Below, one piece after another: positions 11,401-23,554 of a stretch of 43,259 bases of DNA. The translations under genes were made by a program, and so were the position numbers. The first letter of the stretch is position 1. Each line of letters starts with the position of its first letter. Source of the DNA: Atractiella rhizophila. Lineage: Eukaryota. Where the stretch lies: contig MU271347.1 of the NCBI GenBank assembly GCA_021432655.1, positions 1 through 43,259 on the forward strand. Reading direction: 5' to 3'. The notes under the pieces are model-generated. The model did not search any database and had not been told where the DNA came from. It saw nothing but the letters and a program-made list of their open reading frames with translations.

Positions 11401-12482
11401 GAATACCTTTCCGGTACCTCAATCAACCCCCTCATCACCGACGCAAACAACACACTAAATTCCGACGCCCGCGTCTTCTCCGCCGACGGGAACGTGACCG
11501 TCACACGAATGGCAGAGAGCGCCTATGCATTCAACAGCATCTGTCGCCCTCTCCTCGAGCGTTTCATCGACACCGTTCCCTCCACCGTCACCCTCAGTGA
11601 CATTTACGAGCCCACCCAACACAAAGTCGATCCCGTCCTATGGGCCATCGACGACGGACAGTTAACGATGAACGTCGGATTTCGAGTCTTGGATGCGACC
11701 CCGGCTCAGGTCACTATGCATTGGACTTCTCCGGGACAAAGCGCTCAACAGGCTTCGTCCACTACGGCTGCGAGCCCTAGTACGATCACGGGAGTGGTCA
11801 TGGCCGCTGCTAACCATTCTGCTTATCGGTATAACTTCGCGGCGAAGGTACCGGATGGTGTGGAGAGCTTTTGGTTCGAGTATGATGGGACGAAGGTGGA
11901 TAATGGGGGGTGTGGAGGGTTTGGGTATACGGATGAGGGGAGGGAGTGGAAGTTTGTTTGGGAACAGGGAAAGAGCGTCAGTGATGCAGGTGGGAAGTTG
12001 ATCGTCGCGGCTGTGAGTTGTCTCCCCTTATTCACTAGGAAGAGGTGGACTGATACGAATGAATGGATGAACGAATGCAGGTACACGACTCTATTTCGCC
12101 CACTAACGTCTCCGTCGACCTCTGGGCACACTCCAACCTCAAGATCCCAACCACGACCACCCTCCCGCTCACACTCAACTCCACCATAGCAAAAGAAGGC
12201 GGCTACACCTTCTACTCAACATACGTACCCTCCAACGTCTCATTCAACGCATTCACCGTCCGCGCATCCGTCAACGGCGTCCAATGGTCCGCTGAGAGCG
12301 TTGATTCCCTCCTCATTTATGGTGGTAGTAGGGGAACAACGAGCAATTCGAGCACCGTCATTCCTTATGTACCACCGAGCAGTGGTGGTGATGGGAGCGG
12401 AGCTGGGAGGGTGGATGGACGGTGGATTGCTGGAAGCATGGTCTTCCTTGGAGTGCTCGGTGGCGCGACATTATTGCTCTAG
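8420..12482 (+). CDS. Secreted heme peroxidase, hybrid type B-like (peroxidase-catalase superfamily, CAZy AA2), with C-terminal GPI-like signal; exons 2 onward tandemly duplicated
   Basis: Signal peptide; distal motif AAEWMRVAFHD; GGLDYSIAFELDRPE|NVG; SDLIAM; GRIDS; proximal LTACGHSM|GG; NSDARVFSADGN; FIDTVP. It ends SGAGRVDGRWIAGSMVFLGVLGGATLLL* at 12482. Confidence 0.88.
9128..12202 (+). repeat. Direct tandem repeat of about 1.54 kb (9128-10669 and 10671-12202)
   Basis: ACTTGTCACAAGGTAAAGGC begins both units and both end AAAGAAGGCGG. The copies differ by scattered SNPs and small intron indels. Confidence 0.97.
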
Positions 12483-13322
12483 CTCTAGAGCGTTATGATT
12501 TGGGTGGAGGGAGAGCCTGAGAAAGGCACGCTTAGACTTTCGCTTACTTCTCTGTACTGTATCTATTCTTGCTCAGTACTCAGTATTTTTTGTTGGAGGA
12601 AGGAGGAAAGAGGAAGATGGACGATGAATGGACTATATTAGCTTTAAGATAACACAACTGCTCTTTACTATTCGCTAATGTACTCACATTGGTGCATTGG
12701 AATCTTGGACATTCTTTACCTTGTACCACTCTAATCAAACCTCCCATGCTTCCGCAACCTTGAGATCGATCTTGAGAACGCAGTGGTCCCGGCGAGTCAC
12801 AACAACGAAGCACGAACCCCACCAGAGTGGTCCGTGCTCAGGCTGTTGTGGTCTTTGCATTGCGAGAGCCAAACACCATTAGCGCCGCCAGAGATGGCCC
12901 CCTGTCAGGCTAAATAAGTACTTCGTCCTTTGGTGTGGACAGCATGCCCGCCTGGCTCGGTTGCTGCCTGACAGGTAAAGCCTGCTGCCTTGCTTTCAGC
13001 ATCTGTGACATCACTCTTCCCTGAAGTGTTGCAACTTGGTGGACCAGTATGTGTCTCCACTTCTATTCTGTCTGTGCAATCCTGACCTACGCTTTCTGCA
13101 GTCACTCGTGTGGTCCGTTAGACTCTCAGCTCAGTATAAGTCAAACAGCATATACGTGTGAAGGTTAGTGCGTTGCTCAACTGGGCTCACCATTTCCCAG
13201 TTTGATGAGTTTGACAGTTGCTATTTCCCTACATTCCAGCAAAGGCTATCATTAGTGAGTGCTCCACTACTTGTCCTACACCTAATGGATTCGATGTTTC
13301 AACACAGTATTCGAACGCCAAC

Positions 13323-15032
13323 ATGCCAGCACCTTCGCTTCCTGCTGAGGTCCACTCTAAAATCATACGCCACCTGCACGACTCCGTTTACCCCGCGCTC
13401 GCACCTCTGCTACCTCTCACCTTCGTCTCGCACTTTATGCACTCCCTCGTTCAAGCAGAAATCTATTCTACCGTGGAAATATATGGTATAAGACCTTTGT
13501 TGCACTTTATTACGCTCCTGCGTTCCTCGGCTGGTACATCTGTCGTCGAGAAAGTCAACCGAGTTCGAACCTTCCTAGATTCTCGGGAAGAAGCCAAGGG
13601 AGGCACTTGGGCGAAGGGCCCGAAGGCTGGAAAATTAGTAGAAATCGTAAACCGATTGGAGCGGTTGCAGGACCTGGAGATCTATCTCCATGATACGGGC
13701 GATTTGACACCACTGAAGATCCAATTCGAAGAAGGACCTAGAAGCAATCTCACCAAATTGGTCTTCGTGCTTCCACCACTTTCGACGGGGAGCGAAGCAT
13801 CTTGGATCTTCCCACATCTTCATGAAACGGAGAATCTGCGAGATCTGCACCTCGAAAATGTAGGATTCTCCCTTTTCCCTACTACCCCACCGAAATGGAA
13901 GCTTAGACGCCTAACTCTGATAATTCCTCAACCTGTCTGTCCTCCCGACCGCACTATCTCAGGCATCCTGGAATCTTGGTTCAGATCCTCTTTTGCCTCA
14001 ATGGAGTACATCTGCCTCTCTCGAGTTCCCTTCAAGAGCGATGAAAGACAATATTGGGCCTTCCTCCGCCGATTTTCAGCAGCGAAGATTCACATATGGA
14101 ATGCGGAAATGTCTAACCCGATTGCGAAATCAGAAGACGTCGATGCTATCTTTGAAGGCCAAAACGTTGTGGGATTGACAGACCATTCCTCTCACATTCA
14201 GCCATCCGAGCACACTACTTCCCTAACAGACAGAATTACACAAGCGACGGGATTGAGGGTATTATCAGAGGGTAACCTAAAGTTGTTACCTCTTGCAAGT
14301 GAAGCAGGGGCGGAACTCGAATGGCTCCGTCTCGAAATGTTCATGTTTCGAACCATGCCGTCTTGGCTCCATGACGGTTCTTTCCACTCCCTACGATCCC
14401 TCTCACTGTCATTCGCACGACCCGATCCGCTCTTTTCGCCGCAGAACACAAAGAAGTTGATCCACATCTTCCGTGATTCCCTCGAAAGGTTGGACATCCA
14501 TCAGTTAGCAGATAGCTCTGTTGGTGCATCTCACTTTTACGGCGGATTTTTCGAATTCCATCTTCTCAAGAAAGTAAAAGCGTTTCAGTTCACCTCCTCC
14601 GTCTTCGCGGGTCATCCGAGTACATCCCTGTTCCCTCCAAACGTCCAACTCCTCTTTCTCACAATTTCGAGGGGAGAAAATGTTCCTGGTCTGGCCCAGA
14701 TCATGGATCGTGACCATGGGCTGAGGAATTTAAAAGCAATCTTAATCAAACCAGTTGTGGTGGGATTGGTATTCCAAGGTCGGGCCTTTCCAGGTCAGCG
14801 TATATCAACTATGGAAGCTCCTCCGCCGAGGGTAGGAGGGATGCTTCAGCCAGTAAGACAAGCAATGGCAATTGAGAGAATTGGGGGCAGGGACGAGAAA
14901 CATGTGGAGGAGTTGAAGGCTTTTGCGACGCTTAAAGCAGAAGGGAGAGCAGCAGGCGTGGTTGTAAAGACGAACTGTGATACCTGGACGTGGCAATGCT
15001 GGTGTGACAGGATCCTGAATGAAGCGGAATAG
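13323..15032 (+). CDS. Intronless F-box-like / RNI-type LRR hypothetical protein
   Basis: Long single ORF. The first ATG gives MPAPSLPAEVHSKIIRHL (F-box-like LPxE..xI), followed by LxxLxL units (LERLQDLEI, LRDLHLENV, LRRLTL, LRSLSLS, LERLDIH). Confidence 0.65.
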   Translation: MPAPSLPAEVHSKIIRHLHDSVYPALAPLLPLTFVSHFMHSLVQAEIYSTVEIYGIRPLLHFITLLRSSAGTSVVEKVNRVRTFLDSREEAKGGTWAKGPKAGKLVEIVNRLERLQDLEIYLHDTGDLTPLKIQFEEGPRSNLTKLVFVLPPLSTGSEASWIFPHLHETENLRDLHLENVGFSLFPTTPPKWKLRRLTLIIPQPVCPPDRTISGILESWFRSSFASMEYICLSRVPFKSDERQYWAFLRRFSAAKIHIWNAEMSNPIAKSEDVDAIFEGQNVVGLTDHSSHIQPSEHTTSLTDRITQATGLRVLSEGNLKLLPLASEAGAELEWLRLEMFMFRTMPSWLHDGSFHSLRSLSLSFARPDPLFSPQNTKKLIHIFRDSLERLDIHQLADSSVGASHFYGGFFEFHLLKKVKAFQFTSSVFAGHPSTSLFPPNVQLLFLTISRGENVPGLAQIMDRDHGLRNLKAILIKPVVVGLVFQGRAFPGQRISTMEAPPPRVGGMLQPVRQAMAIERIGGRDEKHVEELKAFATLKAEGRAAGVVVKTNCDTWTWQCWCDRILNEAE

Positions 15033-15245
15033 CTCTGTGGAAACGAAAATATCAATTTCTACTGAACTCAGAACAGAAACCGGAGAGTTGCTGATTACTA
15101 CATTTTGGGCAGTTGGACCATCTTGCGACCGTAACAACTGCCTTTAAAATCTCATCCGACAGACTAGTAGCTGATAGTAGGTCCTGGACAAATGCTATTC
15201 AAAGTAAACATGCAACAACAATTGTGGTGCTTCAAGTTCAATAGC

Positions 15246-16388
<1,143 letters not shown>

Positions 16389-16877
16389 CTCTCAACTTTT
16401 CCTGCCAGTGCTGTTTCCAATACCTGAGCCAACTTATTAGGGATGTGGTAGCAGGTTGTATCAATATCCTCGTCTCAGTTTCACTATCCGGAAGTTAGAA
16501 ACCGTGACTAGAGAATGATCTGGTGAAGAGAGCATCTAGCGATATCTCCCATCTATCAATGGTTGATCACTGCCTCAGCCAGCGCATCAACTCGGCCTCA
16601 ATATAAGTAAAAGAGAAATCGGGCCACGACTTGAGGAGCTAAATCTGGTGTGCCATCTGTCATTCGATTTTTGACCTCCAATCATAAATGAGACACTGGG
16701 CGGTAACCAAGAGTGGATGTACGATGATAAGGAAGCATTAAAAACCAATCATAAAGGATCAACCTTATCACAGGTGTCGTAGCCCAGTGCACAGTTGCTA
16801 ATCTCGCATAGCAGGTGTGGCATCAGTGCAGCCAGGACCTACCTGCAATATTGCCTCCTACCTTGTTCCTCGTGTTA

Positions 16878-17410
16878 ATTTCGGATAGTGGCATACTCCA
16901 TCCACTTTGGATAGTAACCGCTCCACCCCCAGTCAATTATCCTGCTCGGGCATTAAATCTGGTGCTGAACATGGCAAGTTGGGTTTGAACGACCCAGTGA
17001 TCTTGCCATTTCAACTAGAATGTTGTAAGGATTGCGACCACGGTGAAAGAAAACGGAAGGCTGCAAAGTGCAATCTTCATCGTCTGAAAGTCAAGAATAT
17101 GTGCAGGCGAGCTACCCATCCCACACCTGCAGATGGCCTCTTCAAGAAACGAGACCTTTAGTGATCAATGAGCTCTTGCTCCGTGTTAAAGGGACCCCAA
17201 AATCTGCCTGAGTTGACAGAGGGATAGTAAGATGCTTGATGATACGGACAACCAATGTATTACTGCAAAGCTTCCTCCTAATATCGCAAGGATAACCGGC
17301 AGGCTGCTGTATCCTTGTCCCGACAATTCAAGCCAACGGTCTGCCAAAGGAACCTCTGGCATAAGCTCCATTACGATGAAGTGGCACCCTTTGTACTTCC
17401 ACATCTCATA
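16878..17410 (-). pseudogene. Decayed paralog of the APH-like phosphotransferase
   Basis: Fragments FIVMELMPEVPLADRWLELS, NPYNILV and IIDWGWSGYYPKWMEYATIRN match the intact gene (FVAMELIPGVPLADCWLEMS, NPYNILV, IIDWEWSGYYPEWMEYASIRN). The intron position is the same, but there are stops and frameshifts. Confidence 0.75.
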
Positions 17411-17706
17411 ACCTAAGTAGAGGCACAGGTGAGAGAGTGGGTGACAGTATGGGGTTGAAGACTGACGTTGCAAACAAAACATCATGAGGTGTGTATTCCT
17501 CATGATAATATACAAGGTTCGAGTCTCACCATTACCGGCATCTTAGGAAATTGTGACAGAACGAAAAGCAGGACAAAAGGTGTTCCGAATTCTTGACTTG
17601 CAGCGAGTCTCAACAGTTGTGCAAAATCATGCCTAAGCCTAAACTATTATATTTCACAGATGACTCTCCTTGATGATCTGTATCAAAAGGAATACGATGA
17701 GATAAA

Positions 17707-18208
17707 CTACGACGGAAATAGTCTTATGGCGAGTGTAGATGCCCAGATCCATATTTGAAATGTGCGCATTGCCGGGTAAGGCTCCAGGGCCTCTAGAAGG
17801 TAGGTGTCGTATTGTTTCCCTGGATGCACCTGCCCCCAGTTACGAATGCTAGCGTACTCCATCCATTCGGGATAGTAACCAGACCACTCCCAATCGATTA
17901 TACTAGTATAACAATCAAAGCAGAGTCGAGTAAGAAAGAAAGGGAAGTACCCAGTAATGCTACCATTCTCAACCAGAATGTTGTAGGGGTTGAGATCACA
18001 ATGTGAAAACACGAACGATGGCAAACCCTGGTCTGTTTTCGAGCGGTTGAACGAGCAAAACAAGCGAAGCCGAGTGATCTGTTGCACAATAGTCGAAGGC
18101 CATTTGACGAAACAGCGAGATCTTTCATGGTCTATGAGCTGTTTCTCAGTCTCGAAAGGACCCCAGAATGCACCAGAATTGATGTATGGGTAATAGCCTT
18201 GCTGACGA
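17707..18208 (-). CDS. 3' half of the APH-like phosphotransferase (5'-truncated duplicate)
   Basis: Nearly identical to 19659-20160; cut at the poly(A) junction. Confidence 0.8.
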
Positions 18209-18229
18209 AAAAAAAAAAAAAAAAAAAAA
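18208..18229 (+). other. 22-nt poly(A) at duplication junction
   Basis: Absent from the corresponding positions of the other copies (20160 and 15752). Confidence 0.95.
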
Positions 18230-18868
18230 GTTAGGCAAGAATTTCATCGAGTTTGCCCGGACAACAGAAACATTTTCGAACTTTCCTAATTTTTCGGGAA
18301 CTTCACCATGGTGCTGCAAACGGAGTGCCTTTATACGTTGATCGACATAATCTGCAACCTGAAGCCGTATTTCCATACCTGTAACAAAAATTTAACAAAT
18401 TTCATAGAGACAAACAACCGAGGGCATTTTTACCCAAGATTAATGTGTTCGGCCATATAGGCGATAGTTGGATCAGAAGGCCTCCAAATCCACAGCCAAT
18501 GTCAGCAAATTCGACTTTAAGATCCGGCGATGCAGCAGGAAAATGGGGTGACCAATCCATTTCAGATGGAGAAGAAGGGCTGCACAGTCTTCAGCTTCTT
18601 CGTCTGAAATCAGAGCTTGTCTGCATGACGTACTAGTCCAAGCTGTGATCAGAGAACACATTTGCGCTATATTGATCACATCAGCACTGCAAAATACAGA
18701 GCAACGAAGAACGTACTGCGCTCGTTGACGGTAATATTTTTTCTAAACGGACGCATGTAAATACAGTGTGAAAAGATGGATGCTTGAACAAACTTGTGGG
18801 AGCAACGAAGAAAGCCACGATCCTGTGGCTTCAGCATCGCCGGAAGGCTTCGACTCATCAATACCCAT
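18228..18868 (-). CDS. TRM8: TRM8 5' half (3'-truncated duplicate)
   Basis: Same exon structure as 15752-16388 with few substitutions; stops after MKFLPNF at the poly(A). Confidence 0.85.
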
Positions 18869-19658
18869 CTCTCAGCTTTTCCCGCCAGTGCTGTTTCCAA
18901 TGCCTAAGCCAACTTATCAGGGATGTGGTAGCAGATTGTATCAATCGCAATGCGGTCCTCTTCTCAGTTTCACTATCCGGAAGTTAGAAACCGTGACTAG
19001 AGAATGATCTGGTGAAGAGAGCATCTAGCGATATCTAGCATCTATCAATGGTTGATCACTGCCTCAGCCAGTGCATCAACTAGGCCTCAATATAAGTAAA
19101 AGAGAAATCGGGCCACGACTTGAGGAGCTAAATCTGGTGTGCCATCTGTCCTACGATTTTTGACCTCCGATCATAAATGAGACACTGGGCGGTAACCAAG
19201 ACTGGATGTACGATGATAAGGAAGCACTAAAGACCAATCATAAAGATTAACTGTATCACAGGTGTCGTAGCCCAGTGCACAGTTGATAATCTCGCATAGC
19301 CGGTGTGGCACCAGTCATTGTCACTGCATCCACCATCGAACGCTCAGTCAAAGGCATCTCATAACCTAAGTAGAGGCACAGATGAGAGAGTGGGTGACAG
19401 TCTGGGGTTGAAGACTGAGGTTGCAAACAAAACATCATGAGGAGTATATTCCTGATGATAATATACAAGGTTCGGGTCTCACCATTGCCAGCATTTTAGG
19501 AAAGTGTGACAGAACAAAAAGCAGGACAAAAGGTGTTCTGGATTCTTTACTTGCAGCGAGTCTCAACACCTGTGCAAAATCATGGCCAAGCCTAAACTAT
19601 TATATTGCACAAATGACTCTCCCTCATGATCTGTATCAAAAAAATACGATAAGATAAA

Positions 19659-20606
19659 CTAAGAGGGAAATAGTCTTATAGCCAGTGTAGATGCCCATAT
19701 CCATATTTGAAGTGTGCGCATTGCCGGGTAAGGCTCCAAGGCCTCTAGAAGGTAGGTGTCGTATTGTTTCCCTGGATGCTCCTGCCCCCAGTTACGAATG
19801 CTAGCGTACTCCATCCATTCGGGATAGTAACCAGACCACTCCCAATCGATTATACTAGTATAACAATCAAAGCAGAGTCGAGTAAGAAAGAAAGGGAAGT
19901 ACCCAGTAATGCTACCATTCTCAACCAGAATGTTGTAGGGGTTGAGATCACAATGTGAAAACACGAACGATGGCAAACCCTGGTCTGTTTTCGAGCGGTT
20001 GAACGAGCAAAACAAGCGAAGCCGAGTGATCTGTTGCACAATAGTCGAAGGCCATTTGACGAAACAGCGAGATCTTTCATGGTCTATGAGCTGTTTCTCA
20101 GTCTCGAAAGGACCCCAGAATGCACCAGAATTGATGTATGGGTAATAGCCTTGCTGACGATTCGGGCGTCCAATGTAGTCGCTTCTGAGCTTCGTCCTTA
20201 CCTCATGGAGGTAACCAGCAAGCTGCTGCATCACGTTCTTTCTCTCTTCTTCCGACATTTCGAGCCAACAATCTGCCAGAGGAACGCCTGGAATGAGTTC
20301 CATTGCCACGAATCGGTTGTTCCCAAACTCCCATTCTCCCTTGAAGGCTGGAGCCGGAACGGAGGTATTTGCCTTCACGAAGTCGCCCATTCGTACACAA
20401 TCAACAGTCGCACGTTCATCTTCCCTCTTTGTGTTCTTCTGCCGTAATTTGGGAAACATTTTCACGATGGTGGTAGGGTTAACAAGAGCAAGTCTTTTGT
20501 TGCGGATATGAAATCGCGGATAGCCCTTAACGGACTCGAACGGTCCCATGGAAAAACCTACGTGAGGTTTGAACGTTTCGAGCCATTCTTGCCATGTCAA
20601 TGGCAT
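19659..20606 (-). CDS. APH / choline-kinase-like phosphotransferase (protein kinase-like fold)
   Basis: IVKM, VPAP, VAMELIPGVPL, catalytic FSHCDLNPYNILV and IIDWEWSGYYPEWMEY. There is one 48-nt in-frame intron at 19855-19902. Confidence 0.88.
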   Translation of the reverse strand: MPLTWQEWLETFKPHVGFSMGPFESVKGYPRFHIRNKRLALVNPTTIVKMFPKLRQKNTKREDERATVDCVRMGDFVKANTSVPAPAFKGEWEFGNNRFVAMELIPGVPLADCWLEMSEEERKNVMQQLAGYLHEVRTKLRSDYIGRPNRQQGYYPYINSGAFWGPFETEKQLIDHERSRCFVKWPSTIVQQITRLRLFCSFNRSKTDQGLPSFVFSHCDLNPYNILVENGSITGYFPFFLTRLCFDCYTSIIDWEWSGYYPEWMEYASIRNWGQEHPGKQYDTYLLEALEPYPAMRTLQIWIWASTLAIRLFPS

Positions 20607-22647
20607 GTTGTGCAGTAAATTCGAGTTTAGAACCGAGGAAGATGGCGCATCAACCTCATGCCTCTTTCTTCATACGCTGCGGCACTGGAAACGATCAAGA
20701 GCTCAGGCTGCTATCACAAAATCAGCTGTTATTCAATAAAGCTCGAGATTCAGCCCCAACGGAGCATCTTGAGATTGTGGAAGCTAAAGAGACAGGTTCG
20801 GCCGGCAGGTGGAGACCTTTGTTCGCGAAAGGTTGCTCCTTTCACCACTGCATTCCATGTAATCCAGGTGCAGATGGAGTTTGCTGGAACTTTCGAACCA
20901 TGGTGGAACGCAATCAAAACAGTCACTAGAACGAAATAAATGGCAACATTTCCCAGTCCAAGTGTTGAAGGGAAAGAACTCGAACGGCTGGCGTCGAGAG
21001 TGAAACAGAACACTCACCTGTCCAATATTCAACACAGGGCAACTATAATTTCCATATCCTTTCCCACTTTCCTCTTTTGATAACGTGCAGATACTTCCTT
21101 CCCCATTCTGTGCACTCCTACACGTGACCTGTTCTGGGCAGCAAATTACGAACATTCCTTTTACTCACAGTGCTGCCACGAAACACTATTCGTGCTGCAA
21201 TATTAAATGCTCTCATTGTAAAATACTGGCTAAACGAAAAATGGAGGCAAGGGCTACACGGACCAGCCCAAAGGGAACATGTTTCAGTCTTCAACGATCG
21301 AATCAATCGAGCAACCCATTTTTTTCCAGGCCCATAATTATCTAAGTCGCCTCCATCGTACCATGGTTGCCGACCCTCACAACGTTTTAAGAGACTTCAT
21401 TAACGCCACCACGCTTATGTTACGTTTGCGCGACTTTAAACAATTCGCAGTTGAAGTCCAGCCGCGTCCAGTTGTGCGCCTTGACTTGCTCCTCTTTGCA
21501 GTCGAAGGGAGTCCGCTCGAGGGAGTTGGTTTGCAGAGGCCACACTTACAGAGAAGAGGTATCGGGACGTGATGATGCTTGAGGGATGTAGATTGCCAAC
21601 ATATTCCGTTATATTCCTCGTCTATGCTCGTGACCGTGACGGTTCCTTTGTGTCGTAACTGCTGGAAGGTGTCCGAATCTTTGGTCCATCCATTTTGGAT
21701 GTGTACTGGAGAGAGATAAGATACAAGGGAAGAGTTCTTCGAGCAGGCATGTGCTGCTCGCTTCCTCGCTTGAATGCCGTGACGACGCAGTTCTGTTGGA
21801 ATGCCACTAGGTCATTCGAATACCCAAACTAGTCCAAAGATAATCGTTCGTTGGTGTCCTGGGTGGCTTGTGATATTGCAATCTTGTTGCTGTCGTTGCT
21901 CGTCAAAGGAGCGTCAGATACTCTACCAAAAACGTCCTACAAAACGAAAAGCATTGCCGTGTCGCGATTCCTTATAATAAGCGCAATGGGTGCTTCGATG
22001 GCAATGAGACCCGACGTAAATAACGGCGTCAAAAACAGGTTCAAAAGGATCAATGGGGTAATATGAAAGTCAACGATACAACTATTGGTTAGAAAATCCA
22101 GTCCATCGCCTTCTACAGTGAATGACGCACTGACTGCTCAGTGTAAAGGTTTTTATTGTAATAATTGGATTGGACACATTTGATGATTTGACGCTCATCT
22201 GACATGAAATCAGCAAACAGGAAACAGAACAGAGAAAGACGCCAATTCCTCTCGACTGGAGCATCTTGAAGAGATAACAGAGACAGTCATCGTTTCGCAG
22301 TGCCGTTCACTGGCACTTGCGCATAAACTGCTTCTCTGATGAGGTAGATTCATTCCCCGTGGTCCATCTGGATCAACTTGCATTCTAAATACGTATCGCC
22401 AGCCAGCGTACACCGCTCCTTCAGCAATAACTAACCACCCAGAATAACCAGCCATTGCCAGAATTCAAGTTCATCGCTTCGCTGCCAAAAAGCTGTGCGC
22501 CAGTGTACGCTTCCGTGCTTGGCGAACACTGCAAAAGTGCCACGTCGCAACGAGATCTCCACCGCCTTACTTTCCATCATTCAAAAGGAAGCAACCACTT
22601 CCACCTCCCTACTTCCTCACACTCACTCCCACAAGGGATTATCCACC

Positions 22648-23554
22648 ATGCACCTCCTCCCGCTCCTCCTCTCCGCCGCCACCGTCCTCACCTCCACAGC
22701 GCAACAGACGACCTCCATCCTCTCCCTCGACCTCGGCACCTCACACATCAAGTCCTCCCTCCTCAAGCCCTCGCGTCCCTTCGACGTCCTCCTCGACCGC
22801 GACAGCAAGCGCAAAGTGTACCACGGGGTGTACCTGCCCTCCTCGCACGACGAGTACAAGGTCGGCGGATCCGCAGAGACGCTCCTCACTCGGTATCCGG
22901 AGAGGAGTTATCCTAATTTGGGACTGTTGTTGGATGAGGAGGGGAGAGCGCTTTGGGAGAGCTTGTATGGGAAGGGAAGGGTGGAGGAGAAGGATGGCAG
23001 GACGTGGGTTGATGGTGAGAGGACGGAGGAGTTGAATGCTCTTGTTCTCAGTTATTTTAAGGGTTTGGCGGAGAGTGAGTTGAATAGTGGACAGAAGAAT
23101 GGTGGGAAGAATGCGGAAGAAAAGGAAGAGGTTAAGGATGTCGTCGTTACTGTGAGTTTTCATTCTTGATTGGATTTTGGTTCTATTGTAGCAATCTTCT
23201 ATGCTACCGATGCTACCCGCTTGCAGACGTAGCAGTGTTCTATCCACTTTAGTGACGCAGTCTTGAGAATGGAGAGTTTCATGCTCGTGTGTGCTTGATA
23301 CATGTCCACCCACCATTCTTTCGTCGTTTTTAGATTCATCTTCAGCAAAAGAACATATTGGTCCAATTACCTCTGTTTGCATCAATGTTGGAGGGTTCAT
23401 TAGCTAACAAGGTTGCAATTTGTGCCAAATGGACTTTAACGACAACTTTTTATCGCTCCATTCGGATTCCATGCCGTCAAGATAAAATCAGACTGATGAG
23501 AGTTTATGCTCTAGGTTCCACCGTACTTTACCCAAGTCGAAAAACAAATCATCA
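22648..23554 (+). CDS. LHS1: LHS1/GRP170 5' fragment (exon 1 and start of exon 2)
   Basis: MHLLPLLLSAATVLTSTAQQTTSILSLDLGTSHIKSS...DVVVT|VPPYFTQVEKQII, then the junction. Confidence 0.85.

Noticed and set aside
19659..20606. Horizontally acquired aminoglycoside-resistance gene
   Set aside because: It has a spliceosomal intron and a local paralog, and APH-fold kinases are a common native fungal family.
22741..23400. 219-aa minus ORF (also 24928-25587 and 29391-30017) and similar overlapping ORFs
   Set aside because: These are antisense shadows of GC-biased LHS1 exon 1 with no recognisable motifs.
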